From: Candidatus Omnitrophota bacterium
GTDB lineage: Bacteria > Omnitrophota > Gorgyraeia > Gygaellales > Profunditerraquicolaceae
Direction: 5' to 3'
Length of the DNA: 64,000 nucleotides
NCBI GenBank assembly: GCA_041651035.1
Contig: JBAZKC010000003.1
Coordinates: 69,153-133,152 of the forward strand
Made by a program: the position numbers and the translations under genes. Below are positions 63,049 to 64,000 of the stretch, piece after piece. The first letter of the stretch is position 1, and each line of letters starts with the position of its first letter. The notes under the pieces were generated by a model that was not told the origin of the DNA, did no database searches, and saw nothing but the letters and a program-made list of their open reading frames with translations.

Positions 63049-64000
63049 ATGAACAGCCATAAGATATTAAAGATCCCCACCCCTAATGCCGCGCTTTCGG
63101 ATAAATTAAGCAAGGAGCTCGGCATATCCGGTGTCCTGTCCCAGATATTGATAAACCGCGGCTTAAGCAGTATTGATGAGGCGGATAAATTCTTAAACGT
63201 AAGCTCAGGGCACTTCCTGGATCCTTATTCTTTTTCGGATATGCGTAAAGCTGTAGACCGGCTTAAGAAAGCGGCCAGGGATAAGGAAAGGGTAATGGTT
63301 TTTGGTGATTACGATGTGGATGGCATAACCGCGCTTACCCTGTTAAAATCCACGCTTATGGAAATGGGCGTGGATACAGTGCATTACCTGCCGCACAGGA
63401 TCAAAGAAGGCTATGGACTTACTAAAGACATCCCGCGCCTTGCCGCAAGCAAAGATGTAAAACTTTTGATTACCGTTGATTGCGGGACGAGCAATCATAA
63501 AGAGATAGCAGAACTCAAACGCCACAATATCGATACGATTGTAACCGACCATCATGAACCCGCGCAGGCTGACCTGCCCCCCGCCCTATGCATTATTAAC
63601 CCTAAACTAAAGAATTCAGGTTATAAATACAGGGATCTGGCTGGTGTGGGCGTGGCTTATAAATTCTGCCAGGCAGTCACAGGCTCGAAGCTGCTTGAAG
63701 ACTTAGACCTGGTTTCATTAGGCACTATCGCTGATAGTGTCCCGCTTACAGGCGAGAACCGCCTTATAGCTAAAGAAGGGTTATCGCGGCTTTCGCGGAC
63801 AAAAAAAGAAGGCTTAAAAGCCTTAATAGAGAATGCCGGCATGAAAGGCCGTAAGTTTAATTCTACGTATGTTAGTTTTATATTGGCCCCCCGCATTAAT
63901 GCCAGTGGGCGCATGGACTCAGCAGAAACTTCTTTGAATCTGCTGATGAGCCGGGAGAGAAAAGAAGCGGATGAGCTGGTTAAGGTCTTAGAGGCGCATA
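63049..64000 (+). CDS. recJ: single-stranded-DNA-specific exonuclease RecJ (N-terminal part; continues beyond window)
   Basis: DHH motifs VFGDYDVDGITA and DHH (TDHHEP). Confidence 0.85.
   Translation, partial: MNSHKILKIPTPNAALSDKLSKELGISGVLSQILINRGLSSIDEADKFLNVSSGHFLDPYSFSDMRKAVDRLKKAARDKERVMVFGDYDVDGITALTLLKSTLMEMGVDTVHYLPHRIKEGYGLTKDIPRLAASKDVKLLITVDCGTSNHKEIAELKRHNIDTIVTDHHEPAQADLPPALCIINPKLKNSGYKYRDLAGVGVAYKFCQAVTGSKLLEDLDLVSLGTIADSVPLTGENRLIAKEGLSRLSRTKKEGLKALIENAGMKGRKFNSTYVSFILAPRINASGRMDSAETSLNLLMSRERKEADELVKVLEAH

Overview
This 64-kb window looks like a gene-dense bacterial core-chromosome segment (intermediate GC by eye, not counted). Every one of the ~65 confident genes is on the + strand, and many overlap at stop/start junctions, which suggests long polycistronic units. 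The content is mostly housekeeping and indicates a Gram-negative-type cell envelope.

Genes recognised, in order:
- A Kdo/LPS block: hldE-like kinase, kdsB, kdsA, kdsD, kdsC, an LptC/LptA-like gene, lptB.
- tig-clpP, then a class-V aminotransferase with serA, an HMGL-family synthase and purA.
- An OmpA-like lipoprotein operon.
- A glycogen pair (DUF4912-like + GH57 branching enzyme; glgA sits further downstream).
- The classic uppS-cdsA-dxr-rseP-ispG-proS-rimP-nusA-infB run, then trpS, scpA, ruvB.
- A queuosine cluster (queH, a SpoIID-like gene, queA, tgt), then trmD-rplS-rnhB-yraN.
- A Wood-Ljungdahl methyl-branch cluster (fhs-fchA-folD-metF).
- polA, glgA, coaE, rho, rpmE, prfA, prmC, murA.
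- A trp operon without trpE (trpG-D-C-F, an inserted small gene, trpB-A).
- An M16 peptidase, a CNNM/CorC transporter, rsfS, argS and the start of recJ.

The most unusual items:
1. A 1028-aa ORF directly after metF fuses an N-terminal FAD-type pyridine-nucleotide-disulfide oxidoreductase-like domain to a full-length bacterial acetyl-CoA synthase (AcsB). The A-cluster motifs are intact, and no CODH, corrinoid protein or methyltransferase gene is present in the window.
2. A repeated, covariation-supported ~150-185-nt structured intergenic element occurs in at least two full copies (after cdsA and after the ACS gene) and one truncated copy (before recJ). It has a conserved 17-nt core and conserved hairpins, and its terminal direct repeats would allow alternative pairings.

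Smaller oddities:
- A trigger factor that appears to lack the PPIase domain.
- A ProS lacking the editing domain but carrying a Cys4 insertion.
- An unannotated 49-aa zinc-ribbon gene behind a near-consensus promoter.
- A TACCTAC microsatellite.
- A direct-repeat hairpin upstream of queH.

No CRISPR array, rRNA/tRNA gene, transposase or obvious defence system was seen.
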